A DNA stretch of 64,000 bases, from the NCBI GenBank assembly GCA_002104905.1, contig MCFE01000020.1, forward strand, positions 124,001 through 188,000, read 5' to 3'. This DNA is from Basidiobolus meristosporus CBS 931.73. Its lineage: Eukaryota; Fungi; Basidiobolomycota. Position 1 is the first letter of the stretch. Each line of letters starts with the position of its first letter. The notes beneath the pieces are model-generated. The model was not told where the DNA came from and did not search any database. It saw only the letters and a list, made by a program, of their open reading frames with translations. This document shows, piece by piece, positions 24,232-37,536 of this stretch. The position numbers and the translations under genes are program-made.

Positions 24232-27200
24232 ATGATTACAACACCAACCTACCTGCCCAAGATGAACTCTATGCCATTACAACTCTCACATGGAGCCCCA
24301 CAGTTTGATGGAAAGAACATGGAAAGCTTCATATTCAAATGGGAGAAGCTCTGCAAGATGTGCAGCCTATCTGAGCAAGAAATGGCTGAAGACTACCCTT
24401 ACTACTGCACCAATGATATTACCACTGAGCTTCTCAGACATGGAGACATTCTCACTGACTGGGCCTTAATGAAGACATACCTACAGACCAAGTATGGTAG
24501 ACCCCAGATATACTATGGAATTGAAGACCTCCGACACTTTGGAAGCACTGGACTTTCCAAGCTACCACTTGCAGAGTTCATTCAACAGTATGAAGATATG
24601 GCCAAGCCACTCCTAGAGTCCCAGGCTATAACTGAGTTTACCATGACACTTTACCTTGCACAAGGGCTTCCTCAGGACTTGGCAAGGAAAGTTGACTTAC
24701 ATGCAGCCAAGTATGACAAGTCTGGCATTCCTTGCTTTGCAGAGATGAAATGTGTTCTCCTAGAGGCAAAGCAAACTTCCACCTTTATGAGACTCCTGAC
24801 ATCTAATCTGCCAGACCAGTCAACCAAGGAGCCAAGGAGTGCTTTTGCTGACAATCAGATCTACACTACCAAAAGAATTGACCAACATTCTGAACAGCTA
24901 CAAAAGCTAGCCCTCAAGATTAATGGCTCAGCTGAGGTTGTTACTAAGGGCCAAAGACCTTGCCCAGACACTGCATCTGGTGTGACTCTACTCAACATGC
25001 CAGACAAGAATGCTCAGAGCTTAGTCAGCTATGCAGAGAAGGAGCAGTAGAGTTTGATGCTGATGGAATGCTTGCTGACAAGGAAGGAAGAAGGATTCCC
25101 ACTAATTTCCAAAGAGGAGGGATGAGAGCCCTTTTCCAGAAATCTGACTCAGCAACCAGAAAGATTACTGTTGATGCACCTACTGGGACTCATACAGTGA
25201 ATCCAAGCAACCCTGACCACTAACAATACAAAGTTGATGCCTTTGCTACCAAAAGACACCTCCCTGAAGAACCTGCCAAGCCCATCCTTATTTAAAGAAC
25301 CTGAAGTTGTTATTGACAAGAGGCCTAGTATGCTGCCCACTCAAGATCCATTGCCTCACTTTCAGATGACCTCAAAGATAGCAAGCTACTCAAGCCCTCA
25401 ACTGATTACTGAGGAAGCTGCTGAAGCAGAACCTCACTTTGTGGGTTGGAGAAATCACGAGTGTATCCCCATCTGTTAGGAGGACCTTTGATGAGCAGCT
25501 TAGGGCAAGATGACAAGCTGTTGAACAAATGGACACCCATATAATTCAGACAAATCATGAAGACCACCAAAAGGATGACAACACTACTGATTATAAGACC
25601 TTTTATTCAGTTGCAACTGCTGTGGTGAAAGGGTATATATATGATGACCCTGTTGACTGCCATATTGACAGTGGCTCAGAGATTTGTGTTATACCACTAG
25701 ACTTCTGGAAGACACTTAGAAGCAAGGAGCTACTACCTGTTGATAGAGATATTGGATGAAACATGACTGATGCAAACTCAGGATCTAGTCCACTCTATGG
25801 TGTAGTGCACAAGTTCCCTATTGAGGTACAAGGAATCAAGGTCTGGCTTCCCCTCTTCATCTGCCAGAGGGCAAACTTTGACCTTCTGCTATGTAGACCA
25901 TGGGAAACCAGTACCAAGGCTACAACTACCAACTATTCCAATGGGTCAGTATGGTACACCATGCAAGGATTCAACCCAGTACTACACTCAGCCTTCTGTG
26001 GTGTAACACCCAACAATAAGAGGACAAATACTGCTTGCCAGAAGACACATCTTGTTATAGAAGAAGATGAGGAGCCTGACAATATACACCCCAACATTTG
26101 GAGCTGCTCATTAGGTATACAGGAGCAGACAGCTATGGTTCAAACAAAATATAAGACAGTAGAACAGAAGATTAGACCATCACTTACCCCTTTGACTGAT
26201 GGATCTCAACCTGCTGATTGCATTAGACCACCAGAAGAAACACGAGAAGATATACAACTTACACCTGAGAGACTTAAGCAACTTATCATTGGTAATGGAA
26301 ACCTACCATCAGAGGAGATACCATTATTTAAAGAGACCTTGAAAAGGCATGATAAGGTCTTCTCATATAATGACAAGGAGATGGGACTCTTAAAGACATT
26401 GGTTGAAAAACCTATCAAGATTCATACAGTGCCCCACTCACCCTGGCCATCTAAGCCTTACCCACTGCCCAGAGGACTCCAAGCCAATGTGTATGACCTA
26501 CTTAAGAAGAAGATAGAAGCTGGTATCCTAGAACCTTGCCATGGACCCTATGCTAACAGATGGTTTGTACAAAAAAGAAGAATGGAAAGCTCTGATTCAT
26601 TCAAGAAATGCAACCTGCAAATGCTGTCACTATCAAAGATGCTGCTATACCTCCATCTATTGAAGACTTTGCAGAAAGCTTTAGTGGCCACTCCATCTAT
26701 TCAACATACAATCTCTTCTCAGGATATGACCAGATTCCCCTTGATGAGACATCAAGAGATATGTTTGCACAACAGACACCATTTGGACTTTTAAGGATGG
26801 CAAGACTCAGCCAAGGGGTTACAAACTCTGCGGCTCAGTTCCAGAGATGCATGGTGAATGTGATGTACCAGTTTATATCTGAGAAACTTGCTGTCTTTGT
26901 TGATGACATTGGCATCAAAGGACCAAAAACCCAGGACACCACTGAAGTTATGTCTGGGGTAAGAAAGCTTGTCTATGACCATATTTGAGACAATGATGCC
27001 ATATTAGGAGCCATTGAAGAAGCTGGACTCACCATTAGTGGTGAGAAAAGCAGCTTTGGTGTATCAGAGATATCCATTGTTGGACAAAAATGCAACACCT
27101 TTGGTGGTTCACCTGGAGACTCCAAGACACAAGAGATATGCAACTAGCCTACCCCCACAAATCCAACACAAGTTTGTGGCTTTGTAGCAGCTTGTGGGTT

Positions 27201-27512
27201 CTTTAGGATCTGGATCCCAAGATTCTCTGAGATAGCAGAACCAATCTACTGACTACAGAGAAAGAATACCCCATTTATCTGGGGAGAAAAGCAAGAAGAA
27301 GCCATGCAATTACTGAAAGAGGCCTTGGTATCTCCACCAGTTCTAAGACCTCTTGACTATCAGAACACTCAATGCCCACCTATTTTGACAGTGGATGTAA
27401 GCCCTATAGGAGCTGGGGCACTACTTGGCCAAGATGATGAAGATGGCAACTGCTATGCCTGCAGATATGAGAGGTGCCTATTCTCTCCTAGAGAACAAAG
27501 ATACGCACAGAT
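24232..27512 (+). pseudogene. Gypsy-2 gag-pol, disrupted
   Basis: gag PQFDG...; CIWCDSTQHARQEC; protease HIDSGSE; RT IHTVPHSPW...YANRWF...AVFVDDIGIKGP; RNase H LTVDVSPIGAG. Confidence 0.92.
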
Positions 27513-27788
27513 CCAATCCAGATCAGCCACCAGGATCCCATTTAGAGACCATCATAATACCAGCAGCTTGGAATTAGTGACCCTCCTTACAATCTTATAA
27601 TGGGATCATGGTGGTGTTTTGCCAATTTTATAACCAAATAAAGGGATAAACTTGACAATATTTTATTGATGCTGCGACAATATTTGCATGGTATTGCTGT
27701 GGTCTTTTAGCACTCTATACCTATTTTAGGTGGATCCAGTTGGCCAGGACATCCAAATGCCTTAAATGGCAAGAAAATTGATGGTATT

Positions 27789-29923
27789 TTGATGCTGACC
27801 TCCATGTGCCAACTCATCATATCCATGATGGACTTAAAGGTTATATTCTTGAGGAGATTGGGATTTGGTAGTACCTGCTACTTGACTAGTCTTCCTATCT
27901 CCCCTCACATTGGCTCCATAGGAAACTCCCAAAAGGTGAAGCAAGGCCCAATATTCTCCACACACCTTGCAAGATGGAGTAGAGAGTTGATATAGTAGTG
28001 GCAGAGATCTACATGTTCAGCTTTATGTTTGTATTATAGCTGCTCAAATCCCACCACAAGCTCCTCACGCAACAGCTGCAGATATGCCAAGTTGGCATTG
28101 GTGATCCGCTTCTTGATAAATATTCCTTCATTGTCCACATATGACTCCCAATGCTCCCAATGTACTCTGGGGAGGAAATGGCTTCAGAATGCCACTTGAA
28201 TAAATACATATCCAGTTCATCCAGTCTTTGCGTTTGTATTGTTGCATATGCATGTGAATATTAATTGGAACCTGTGGGAAGTACTTAGGGCAGCAGATAC
28301 TCTGTGATATCTTGCCAGATCTTTCAAATTTCTCTGGTGTATCAAAGGACTCATTTAGCTTGATATGACCAATGTACAACTTGGTCATTAGTAAAGGGAT
28401 ATTATTGAAAAGCAAATGCATTGCTCCCAGTGGGAAGCTTTTGCTTCAACATATACCCTCTATCTTAAGTATCTCTGGTTTCCAACTGATTCCAAGTTCC
28501 AGCCAATGGCTTATAGCTTGCCAACTTTGCTGCAATTGCATGCTTACTTCTGTATGTTCTCTCCATGGAAAGACAATGTTCTTAGTGCTGGTGTTTGGGT
28601 AATTATAATGTGTGTGAGTTATGGAGTAAATCCCCTGGATCTCACACATTGGACAGCAATACCATGCATTGTGCCTGGAAAAACCTGCTATCTTGCTGAT
28701 GCCTGGGGTATCTCCAATGCAGATAATAATATGTGCTTTTACATGATGGCTATTTTCTGTTATCCCACTGGAAAGCATACAAGATTCATCAAGCAATGGA
28801 TACAGGTAGCTATTCAGGTTGGATGGTATTTAGGCCCAGAAACCTGTGAGTACCATCAGATTATTGCTCTGATACTGTAAGATGGGCAGCAGATTCAGAT
28901 TGAGGAGAATCAGTGGCCAGCAGGATTTGATGGTAGAGTGCTTGTTGAATGAGAATCCATCAAGTGCTAAAGCAAAGGCATGGTCATGCATACCTTCAAA
29001 GTGGGTCTTGCCTCTTAGCTGTTTGTAATGTTTGCCATCAAATATATTGGATATGTTTGCACTTGATTGATTTTGAGTGCGGTACTGTATAGCTTTGCAA
29101 TACTTGTTGGACTGCATCAGCTTCCTCAGATGGGGTATGACTGAAATATATCCAGAGTGTAAACAATGTTTTCCCTCAATGGTGGGGGATTTGTGACAAT
29201 TTGGACATGTTAAAATGATAGCATTTTTGGATGCAAATGCCATGCAACTGTCAGCAAATGCTGGATTCAGGATAGTCTCGGGATCATATGTTGCCAGCCA
29301 CATGATGGTTATCCACTTGTACCATGTACATGGTAAGTTGCATCCTGGTACACTTTTGGCAAGAAGTATTAATAAATTCTCAAAGCCCCATTACTGATAT
29401 TAGTGGAAATGCACCACTTCTCTAGCCACAACATTACATCATTCACCAGTAGATGGATTACTGGGCTCACTTAGCTCCACAAACTATCCTTGGCATTAGT
29501 TTCAGCAAGTGTTGTCTCATTGCATATGGGGATTTGAGTGGGCTCATATGTAGTTCTATTGTTAGGGGAGATAGGCTCAAATCCATCAGTGAACCTTCTT
29601 TGTCAAAGCTATCACTCTGTGTGCCATATACAGAAGGCTGAGGTGAGCCTAAAGGCATCACAAACTCACCTGACTCAGTTTGCACAGGGTGACAAAGACA
29701 GCAAGGTGCTAATATAGTAGTATCCACTGGCTGGTAAAGATAATGCTGGTACAGTAGTGACTAATGAATGGTCAAATATGACTTGGGAGGCAAAACACTG
29801 GCCATGATCCTTATAATACATCCTATGCTGTCTGTGTGCATCATGGCTGAGAGGCTTGCCACAATAGCCACATGGTCTTTTTTCTCTTCTCTTACAGCAT
29901 TGATTCAAAGCAGTCTTGTCCAT
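27789..29923 (-). pseudogene. Tnp2 transposase of copy 2, disrupted, 3' part deleted
   Basis: REKRPCGYCGKPLSH; FADSCMAF...CPNCHK; DIFDGKHYK-like; FALALDGFS...CWPLILLNLNLLP; CIGDTPGISKIAG. Confidence 0.9.
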
Positions 29924-31189
29924 GGGGCAAACAGTTTGACGTTCAACAATGTAACACCATTATATCACTTTTTGGTCAATACTCACGTGAACTTAAGACA
30001 GTCTTGAATTTGAGATATTGCACCATCATGAGTGTAAGATTCAATGATGACCTACTATAGTATGCATTATAAATAAAGCTGTGACACCACATATACATGC
30101 ATATGTAACACTATTTCCCCTTTGGTTTGACTCATTTCTATATATGTACTGCCAAAAAATAAAGCAAAGTTGTCTGGTTCCTACTCAAACCCCACTGTTG
30201 ATGGCAACAGAAGAAGGCAAGTGGCCATTATAACATCACCACCGCCCATATTAGCAAGCATGTTGTCAGCTCACACCAAAGCATTAATGAAGCAATTAAG
30301 TGCAGTGGCTAATAGGATATATGCAATGGCCCAGAGAAATCAGGAAATAGTCCAGAAACAGGATGAGTGGATAATACGTGTAGAGCAAGCAATATCTGTT
30401 ATGAACAGACACAAGGCAGGAGGAAAAGCTAGGCATGGCAGGAAAGGACTTGGGTGTGGATCATCAAGACAAGGCAGGATTCAAGGCAAGGGTGTTTATT
30501 CAAGACCTGGGTTTATCAGACTGAGGAATACTTAAGGGGGGATAGGACTATATATACTTTTTGGTGATACTGATGCCAAGAGATATTGGCTAATACTAAT
30601 GGGGTTGTGGGGTGAGGCACAGGAATGTGCTGGGGATAATAATATAGAAGGCAAGGCACTGAGACAGGATGGGGAAATGGATTGGGTCACCTGATCATGT
30701 AACCAAGTCATGTGACCTGGTATTTCCATATATGGTACTGGACTATGAAAAATACAATGGGAAGCTTCCATGTAATGTTTCATTGTGTAACAAGGGTTTG
30801 GAATGGTGAGGAACTTTCTGCAAGGTGGTTCAAGGTTCCAGAAGGAATCTCTTAGAAATTGAGCTAGGAAGATGAAACTTGGCATGTGTGTTCATGGTTG
30901 TCATGTGATCATGACAATATCCCAGGTAGAGAAAGCTGCATCTTTGCTGCAAAGAAGGAAATCAAATAGCTGAATGTCATAGCCAAGAACTAAGACATTT
31001 CTCAATGTAACAGCAAAGGAACTCCATGCAGTCTTTGAGGCACAACAACAGTGCCCAAAGATAAAGCCCACAGAAAAACCTATTGCAGTGTGGGAGGGAG
31101 ACAATGCGGTGATTATACCAAGACCTAAAAATCAAGACATCAAAGATCTGTGAAGCTGTTGAGTACAATAATGAAGAGTGGGTTAATAT

Positions 31190-31557
31190 TGTTACAAGTC
31201 TTGGTTTAAGAGTTGTAGAGGAATAGGGAGTTTAGCTAGTATTGTATTCACTAAAACCTGAACTGATTTTTATTGAGGTTCCAGCAGCTCCTTATATACA
31301 TTTTACCCAATCAATTGCTGACTAATTGTATTTCCTAATGTAGGCTGCGGCTGATGACTCATTTGATTGCATCATCATCACCCAATAAGATCCTACTTAA
31401 TATAATTATTTCCGTCTGATAAGGATCTGCTGATTCATTTGCTGACTAATGCTACTGATTTCATAGATAATACTGATATACTGATAACCTAAACTTAAAC
31501 TAATTGATTTGACTAAAAACTGATCTAACTTAAACATTCAAGCAGCAGATCATAACA
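31190..31557 (-). repeat. 3' LTR of Gypsy-1
   Basis: TGTTACAAG...CATAACA; pairs with 35726-36093. Confidence 0.95.
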
Positions 31558-31664
31558 TTCACCCCTACTAAAGCTGAGAGGGTTCTCCTGAATCTATTTT
31601 CTTGTGATACCAATATCTTGATGGTTCAGTATTATCAGCAAGTCTTGCAAGCTTGAGTCTGTCC

Positions 31665-34600
31665 CTATGCACTAAGTCTTCCCGGATATTGCCCTTGTTT
31701 GTCCACTGATTGGTAAGTTGCAAATGGACATTCTCTAATGATCTTAAATGGTCCTATCCATTGTGGCTCAAACTTCTTCCAAGTGTTGTTTCTTAGTAAT
31801 ACAAAGTTCCCAACTGTCAATGCTTCTGGTTCTATAGTCTTATCAAATCTCTGCTTCATTTTTTCTGCACTTTGAGATACTTTGGTCTGTGCCTCTTGAC
31901 GTCTTTGTCCCAATTACTGGTGTCTACTGGGCTGACTAAGTTCATCTTCTAAGGCATCTGTAAGCTTGGGTTGTGTGAGATCTCCTGGAATCCTTGGTTC
32001 ACATCCATATACTAAGTAAAATGGTGATTGTTGGGTAGTGTTGTGTACTCTAACTCTGCAGGCAAAAAGTGCTTGATCTAGATACTCATCCCATCTACTG
32101 ACAGCTCCATTTGCATACTTGGTCAGCATCTTTCCAAACAATACATTAAAGCGTTCAGTGACTCTATTAGTTCTGGGGTGATATTTCAAGGTTTTCAAGT
32201 GTTTAATCTGCTGCATTTCCAGGTAGGCCTCTGATGTCTTTGCCATAAAATTTGCTCCTCTATCAGATAAGCTCTCCACAGGGCATCCAAACTTCATCAG
32301 GATCTCATGGCAAATGAAACTTGCAACTTCTTGTTCTCTGGCTATTGGTACAGCTTTAGCAACTGGCCATTTAGTGGCATAATCAATTGCTACTAGGATC
32401 CAACGGTTGCATTTCCTGGTGGTTGGCAGTCTTCCAATAAAGTCAATTCCCCATCTCTTAAATGGTCTTACAGGCTCCAAAGGGAAGAGTTTGGCAATTC
32501 TTTGTGGCTGGCCTTGACTGATTTGGCAGTTTGGGCAAGTTTTCACTAGCTTCTCAATATCTTGTTTCATTCTGGTCCACCATGCTCTGGCTTTCACAAG
32601 ACTATAGGTTCCTTCAATCCCAAGATGCCCATATCCATTGTGTAGCTTATGTATTAAATCCAGGCAAGAAACATAAGGGCAATAGGCAATAGGGCTTCCA
32701 TCAACAATTTGGTAGAGTGTTTCATCCTGTACAACAAATTTGCTGGCTTCAGCCCAGATTATCTTCTTGATATCTTCATCCACCTCATTAGGAATGGCTT
32801 GGTCCTCCAAGTACGTTGGTAATAGGCTAGGCCAATCTGATTCATGCACCAAGTTGAGTTGTGCAACTTGATTTAATCTTGATAAGGCATCAGCAACTGG
32901 GTTGTTTTTTCCAGGGCTGTAGATAATCTCCAAGTCAAGTTGCTGAATGTATTCACTACATCTTGTCATTCTTCTAGAGAGTACCTTTTGAGTAAATATA
33001 TACTTGAGGGAGGCATGATCAGTCTTCACAGTTCATTTGACTCCTTCAATATAGCATCTCCATGTCTTCAAACAGTGGATTATAGCAAGCATCTCCTTCT
33101 CATGCTTGGGATGGTTTTGTTTTGCTGAGTTTAGTTTCTTGGACTTGAAGGCAACTAGGTAGTCCTTTCCCTTGTGTTCTTGGCTTAGTACTCCACCAAT
33201 TGCATAATCTGAGGCATCTGTGCACAGGGTAAACTCTTTTCTGAAGTCAGGTATTCTTAAGCTTAGCAGCTTAGCAAGTTCATTCTTGAGCGTCTGATAT
33301 GCTGTCTCACAGGCTATGTCCCACTTGTAGGTGTTGTCTTTCTTGAGGATATCAGTTAAAGGGGCTGCAATGCTTGCAAAGGACTTGACAAATCTCCAAT
33401 AATAGGAAACCATTCCAAGGAATGATCAGAGTTCTGATATGCTATGGGGTTGCTTTAAATTCTTGATAACTTCAACCTTCTTAGGGTTTAAGGTCATTCC
33501 TGTGCTAGTCACTATGTGTCCCAGATATTCAATGGGTTCCTTGAAGAATTCATACTTGGCTAGCTTGCCATATAGCTTGTTCTCTCTTAGTTTCTTCAAG
33601 ACCTTTTCAATGTGCACCACGTGATCCTCTTCTGTCTTGCTGTATATCAATATGTCATCCAGGTAGATTATCACAAACTTGTCTAAGTACTCCTGAAAGA
33701 CAGTCTGCATCAGCGTCATGAATGTTGCAGGGGCATTAGTGAGGCCAAAACTCATGACTAGGTACTTGTAATGTCTATATCTGGTCCTGAATGCTGTCTT
33801 AGGGATATCTTCTGGTTTCACCCTAGTCTGGTTATATCCTGACATGAGGTCAATCTTGCTGAAAATAGTGGCTCCATTGAGTTGGTCCAAAAGCTCATCA
33901 ATCTGAGGTATGGGGTACTTATTCTTGACAGTAACTGAGTTCAGGGCTCTGTAGTCAATGCACATCCTAAGTGTTCCATCCTTCTTTTTCTCAAAAAGCA
34001 CTGGTGCTCCCCAGGGTGACTTGCTGGGCCTGATGTATCCTTGCTCCAATAGCTGATCAATCTGTCTCTTCATTTCCTCCAATTCCAATGGACTCATTCT
34101 GTAAGGTGTCTTGCTTACTGGAGGGCTATCTCCTGTGTCAATGGCATGATCAACGTCTCTGACTGGTGGTAGGCTTACAAGCTCATCTGGAAACATGTCT
34201 GAGTATTTCTTCAAGAGAGTCTGGACCTGCTGGGGTGCTGGGGTAGAGGAATTCTCCTGTAATACTGCCATGAGGAACATCTGAGTACCTTTTCTAAGTG
34301 CTCTACAGAACTGGGTATTGCTAAGTTCACTTGTCTCACACACACTGGAATTGACCAAGTTGAAATCCAGCCTGGCAGGCATAGGTCTTGTTGTTTTTTT
34401 GGATCTGAGTAGCATGGGTTCTCCAGTTAATTGATGGATTACAACAAAATAGCTAGGTTTTTCCAAGTACAAGGCCAAACTTGTAGTTCCCAAATATATA
34501 AGCCTGTTGGTCTTCTTCATAGTCATTGATCTACATTCTTACTGGCTGGGTAATACAGTTGATTATGTGAGAGTTCCCATCAGCTGTGGAGACTGAAGTT

Positions 34601-35667
34601 GATTTGGTAGGTTCCAAGTTGATTCCAGCTTTCAAGGCAAATTGCACTGACATGTACTCATGCAATGCTCCTGAGTCAATCATGATCTTGGCAGGTACTC
34701 CATTAATTACTCCATTTAAGTACAATAACTTCCCTGAGTTTGAGGTCATATGGGACAAGTACTCTTCTGTCATATGGAAGGTGAGTTCCACATTACTGTG
34801 TTCATGGGACTCAATATGGTTCAAGGTTCTTGTTGGCTGGTGTCCATTTCTTCACTGGGGGCAGTTCTTTGAGATGTGTCCTTGCTGGTGGCAATTGAAA
34901 CAAAGTCCTTTCTTCCTGCATTCTTCTGAGGTGGGGTTCTTCTGCATAGCATCTATTTCCATTGGTACTGCTTCTGACTGTCTTCTTTCATAATGATTGT
35001 AGCCTTTCTGATTAGTCACTGTAGGCTTCCCAACTCCAAACATAGCAGAGTCATAGTAAACAGCAATCTTGATGACTTCTTCAATAGTCTGTGGTCTTTA
35101 ATAATTTACTTCCTTGCAAGTTCTTTCTTTCAATCCATCAATAAAGTATTCAACTTGATCCAGGGGGTCCATTCTTTCAATTTGTCCAAGTAGACATCTG
35201 TACTCATAGATGTATTCTTAAACCATTCCTTTCTGTCTGAGTGTCTTTAACTTCCTTCTTAGTAGTGTCTGCTGGTGTGGAGGTTCAAAAGCATCTTGAA
35301 TTTTTGACACACACTCATCCCAGGTAGAGATTGTAGAGCATCCCATCATAGTGGCTGACCTGATCTTGTGGTACCACTGTAAGGCTGCATCTGCCAGGTA
35401 AGAAGCTGCATAATGCAACTTCCTTTCTGGAGCAATTCCTTTAGCCTTAAAAGCTTCTTCAATCTGAAAGAGCCAAGTTGCCAGGTTTTCATTGACCCTG
35501 CCATGGTACTGGTTGACCTTCACACTAAAGTTGCTCTTGATAGGGCTTTGCTGGCTCTGAGCCATGGTAGTCATTTCTTGTTGCTGTTGGCTGAGGATCT
35601 GGAGTAACTGTTGCTGTTGGGCCAGGATTTGCTGCATGCTATTCTTCCATTCTTCATTGTCTGACAT
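31665..35667 (-). pseudogene. Gypsy-1 gag-pol, disrupted
   Basis: Retrotransposon gag (35218-35667), CFNCHQQGHISKNC, MIDSGA protease, RT SPWGAP...YLDD, RNase H TDASDYAIG, integrase H..H..CPNC / WGIDF / SDRG, C-terminal WIGPFKI. Confidence 0.95.
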
Positions 35668-35725
35668 CTTGAGGGTGGTTTCTTCTTTCTTCAGGATGGA
35701 GGTTTCTGGTTATTGCTGCTACCAA

Positions 35726-36093
35726 TGTTACAAGTCTTGGTATAAAAGTTGTAGAGGAATAGGGAGTTTAGCTAGTATTGTATTCACTAAAACTTGAACT
35801 GATTTTTATTGAGGTTCCAGCAGCTCCTTATATACATTTTACCCGATCAATTGCTGACTAATTGTATTTCCTAATGTAGTTTGTGGCTGATGACTCATTT
35901 GATTGCATCATCATCACCCAATAAGATCCTACTTAATATAACTATTTCCGACTGATAAGGATCTGCTGATTCATTTGCTGACTAATGCTACTGATTTCAT
36001 AGATAATACTGATATACTGATAACCTAAACTTAAACTAATTGATTTGACTAAAAACTGATCTAACTTAAACATTCAAGCAGCAGATCATAAAA
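35726..36093 (-). repeat. 5' LTR of Gypsy-1
   Basis: Collinear with 31190-31557; terminal CA mutated to AA. Confidence 0.93.
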
Positions 36094-37300
36094 ATAGACA
36101 AGAGGCTGTCAGAAGCCTAGCACACCATCACCTTAAGGCCAGCATACCATGAGACCATCCAGAACTCAAGGCCAAGCAGAATGCACCTGACTTGTTCCAT
36201 AAGCATTATCCTGGATTCAAATGGGCAAACAGGTTTTGGGCCAGCATTGGTATGCTAAGAAAGTATCTTAAGAGTAGCAGAAGCTATCAAAGGCAGAAGA
36301 ACAAGGGTGCCATGGCTAAAAACCAGTGGCTTCCTCAAGAACCCGTTACAAGCAGGGCCAAAAGCTCCAGACAAGCGTCAAAGAGATGTCAAGTAGCTGC
36401 AAGAGTGCCAATTAGGGACAAGCAGGCAGACATGGATGCACCAGCACAACATTTATCAAGGAAAAAGCATAGTATCACTCAAGAAGCACCCAGTCAAAGT
36501 AGCAGTGAAGGACCAGGCAATGATAAAAACCAGCTGTATTTATGGGAGCCCATCACAACTACAGTTGAGAGCTCAAAACAAGCAGAAAAGAAATGTCAGG
36601 TTGCCAGATGAGTGCCAGCAAGGGACAAGTCAGCCAAAACAGATGCGTCAGAGCAGCATTTATCCAGGAGAAAATATAGTTCTTTACAAGAAGCACTCAG
36701 CCAAAGCAGCCATGAAAGACCTAGAATTGATAAATGCAAAGGTAAAGGGAAAAATGTCTACCCAAGCCTGAGACAGGGAGGTATGCAAAAAAACTGCAGT
36801 TCTTGCCAATTAACACCTCAAGCCAGGAACAGACTGAATCCCATCATAGCCAAGAAGAATTACCAACAAGAAAGCAACTGTTTTCACAAGAGTTGGAAAC
36901 ACAGCCAGTTGAGCTACACTCCAGCAAGGTGGATGAGTTTGCAGAGAAAGGAAATTGGTCTACCACAGCCTCCATTGTTGACAGAGTGGAGATCCCACTG
37001 ACAGACAAGGCTACAAATCAAGAGCTTGAATGACTATCAAAATGCCTTTGGTGGAGTTTTGGAACATTAATAGGCACACCAAGAGGTTGCAGCACTTCTA
37101 CAAGAGCAGTGCATAAGAAAACACACTGCAAAATTGCAAAGATTTGTTGCAAAGACTGGCAGATGGGGAACTAGACCTTGTAGTGCCAGCTGAAGACCAG
37201 GACATGTGGGAACCAGTGAATGAACAGTTGCTTAAAGCTATTGGTTCCCACTAAAGTTGTGAAACCAGAGTGTTACAGCAGAAGTACTTATCAAGTGGTA
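36094..37300 (+). pseudogene. Accessory ORF of CCCTA copy 2 (part after Gypsy-1)
   Basis: Homologous to 7396-8620 (minus); ORFs 36192-36611 and 36612-37001. Confidence 0.6.
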
Positions 37301-37536
37301 GATTTTAATGAAGTTACTTGTTGAGTGTGGAGTTGGACTTGATGTTAGTGTAGGGCAAAGGGTCTTGTATAGATCAATACAATAAATAATTGAGGTACAA
37401 CTGAAGTTTCAACGGAAATAAATCAATTTGTATGAATGAAAAGTAAGAGAAACAGATGAATCATGAAGTAAGGAGTGTGAAAAAGTGGCAATAGCCAGTT
37501 GATTTGCACAATTGTAGGAGGCAATAGAGTGTCCAG

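Larger units (their letters stand above)
18608..27512 (+). mobile_element. Ty3/gypsy element, Gypsy-2 copy A (3'-truncated)
   Basis: 5' LTR split as 18608-18650 plus 23091-24121, decayed Lys PBS 24126-24143, gag-PR-RT and start of RNase H; fused at 27512 to a CCCTA element interior. Confidence 0.9.
31190..36093 (-). mobile_element. Ty3/gypsy element, Gypsy-1, full length (4.9 kb)
   Basis: 368-bp LTRs (about 10 differences), PBS TGGTAGCAGC at 35715-35724, PPT GTAGGGGTGAA, flanks ATAT/ATAG, order gag-PR-RT-RH-INT. Confidence 0.95.
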
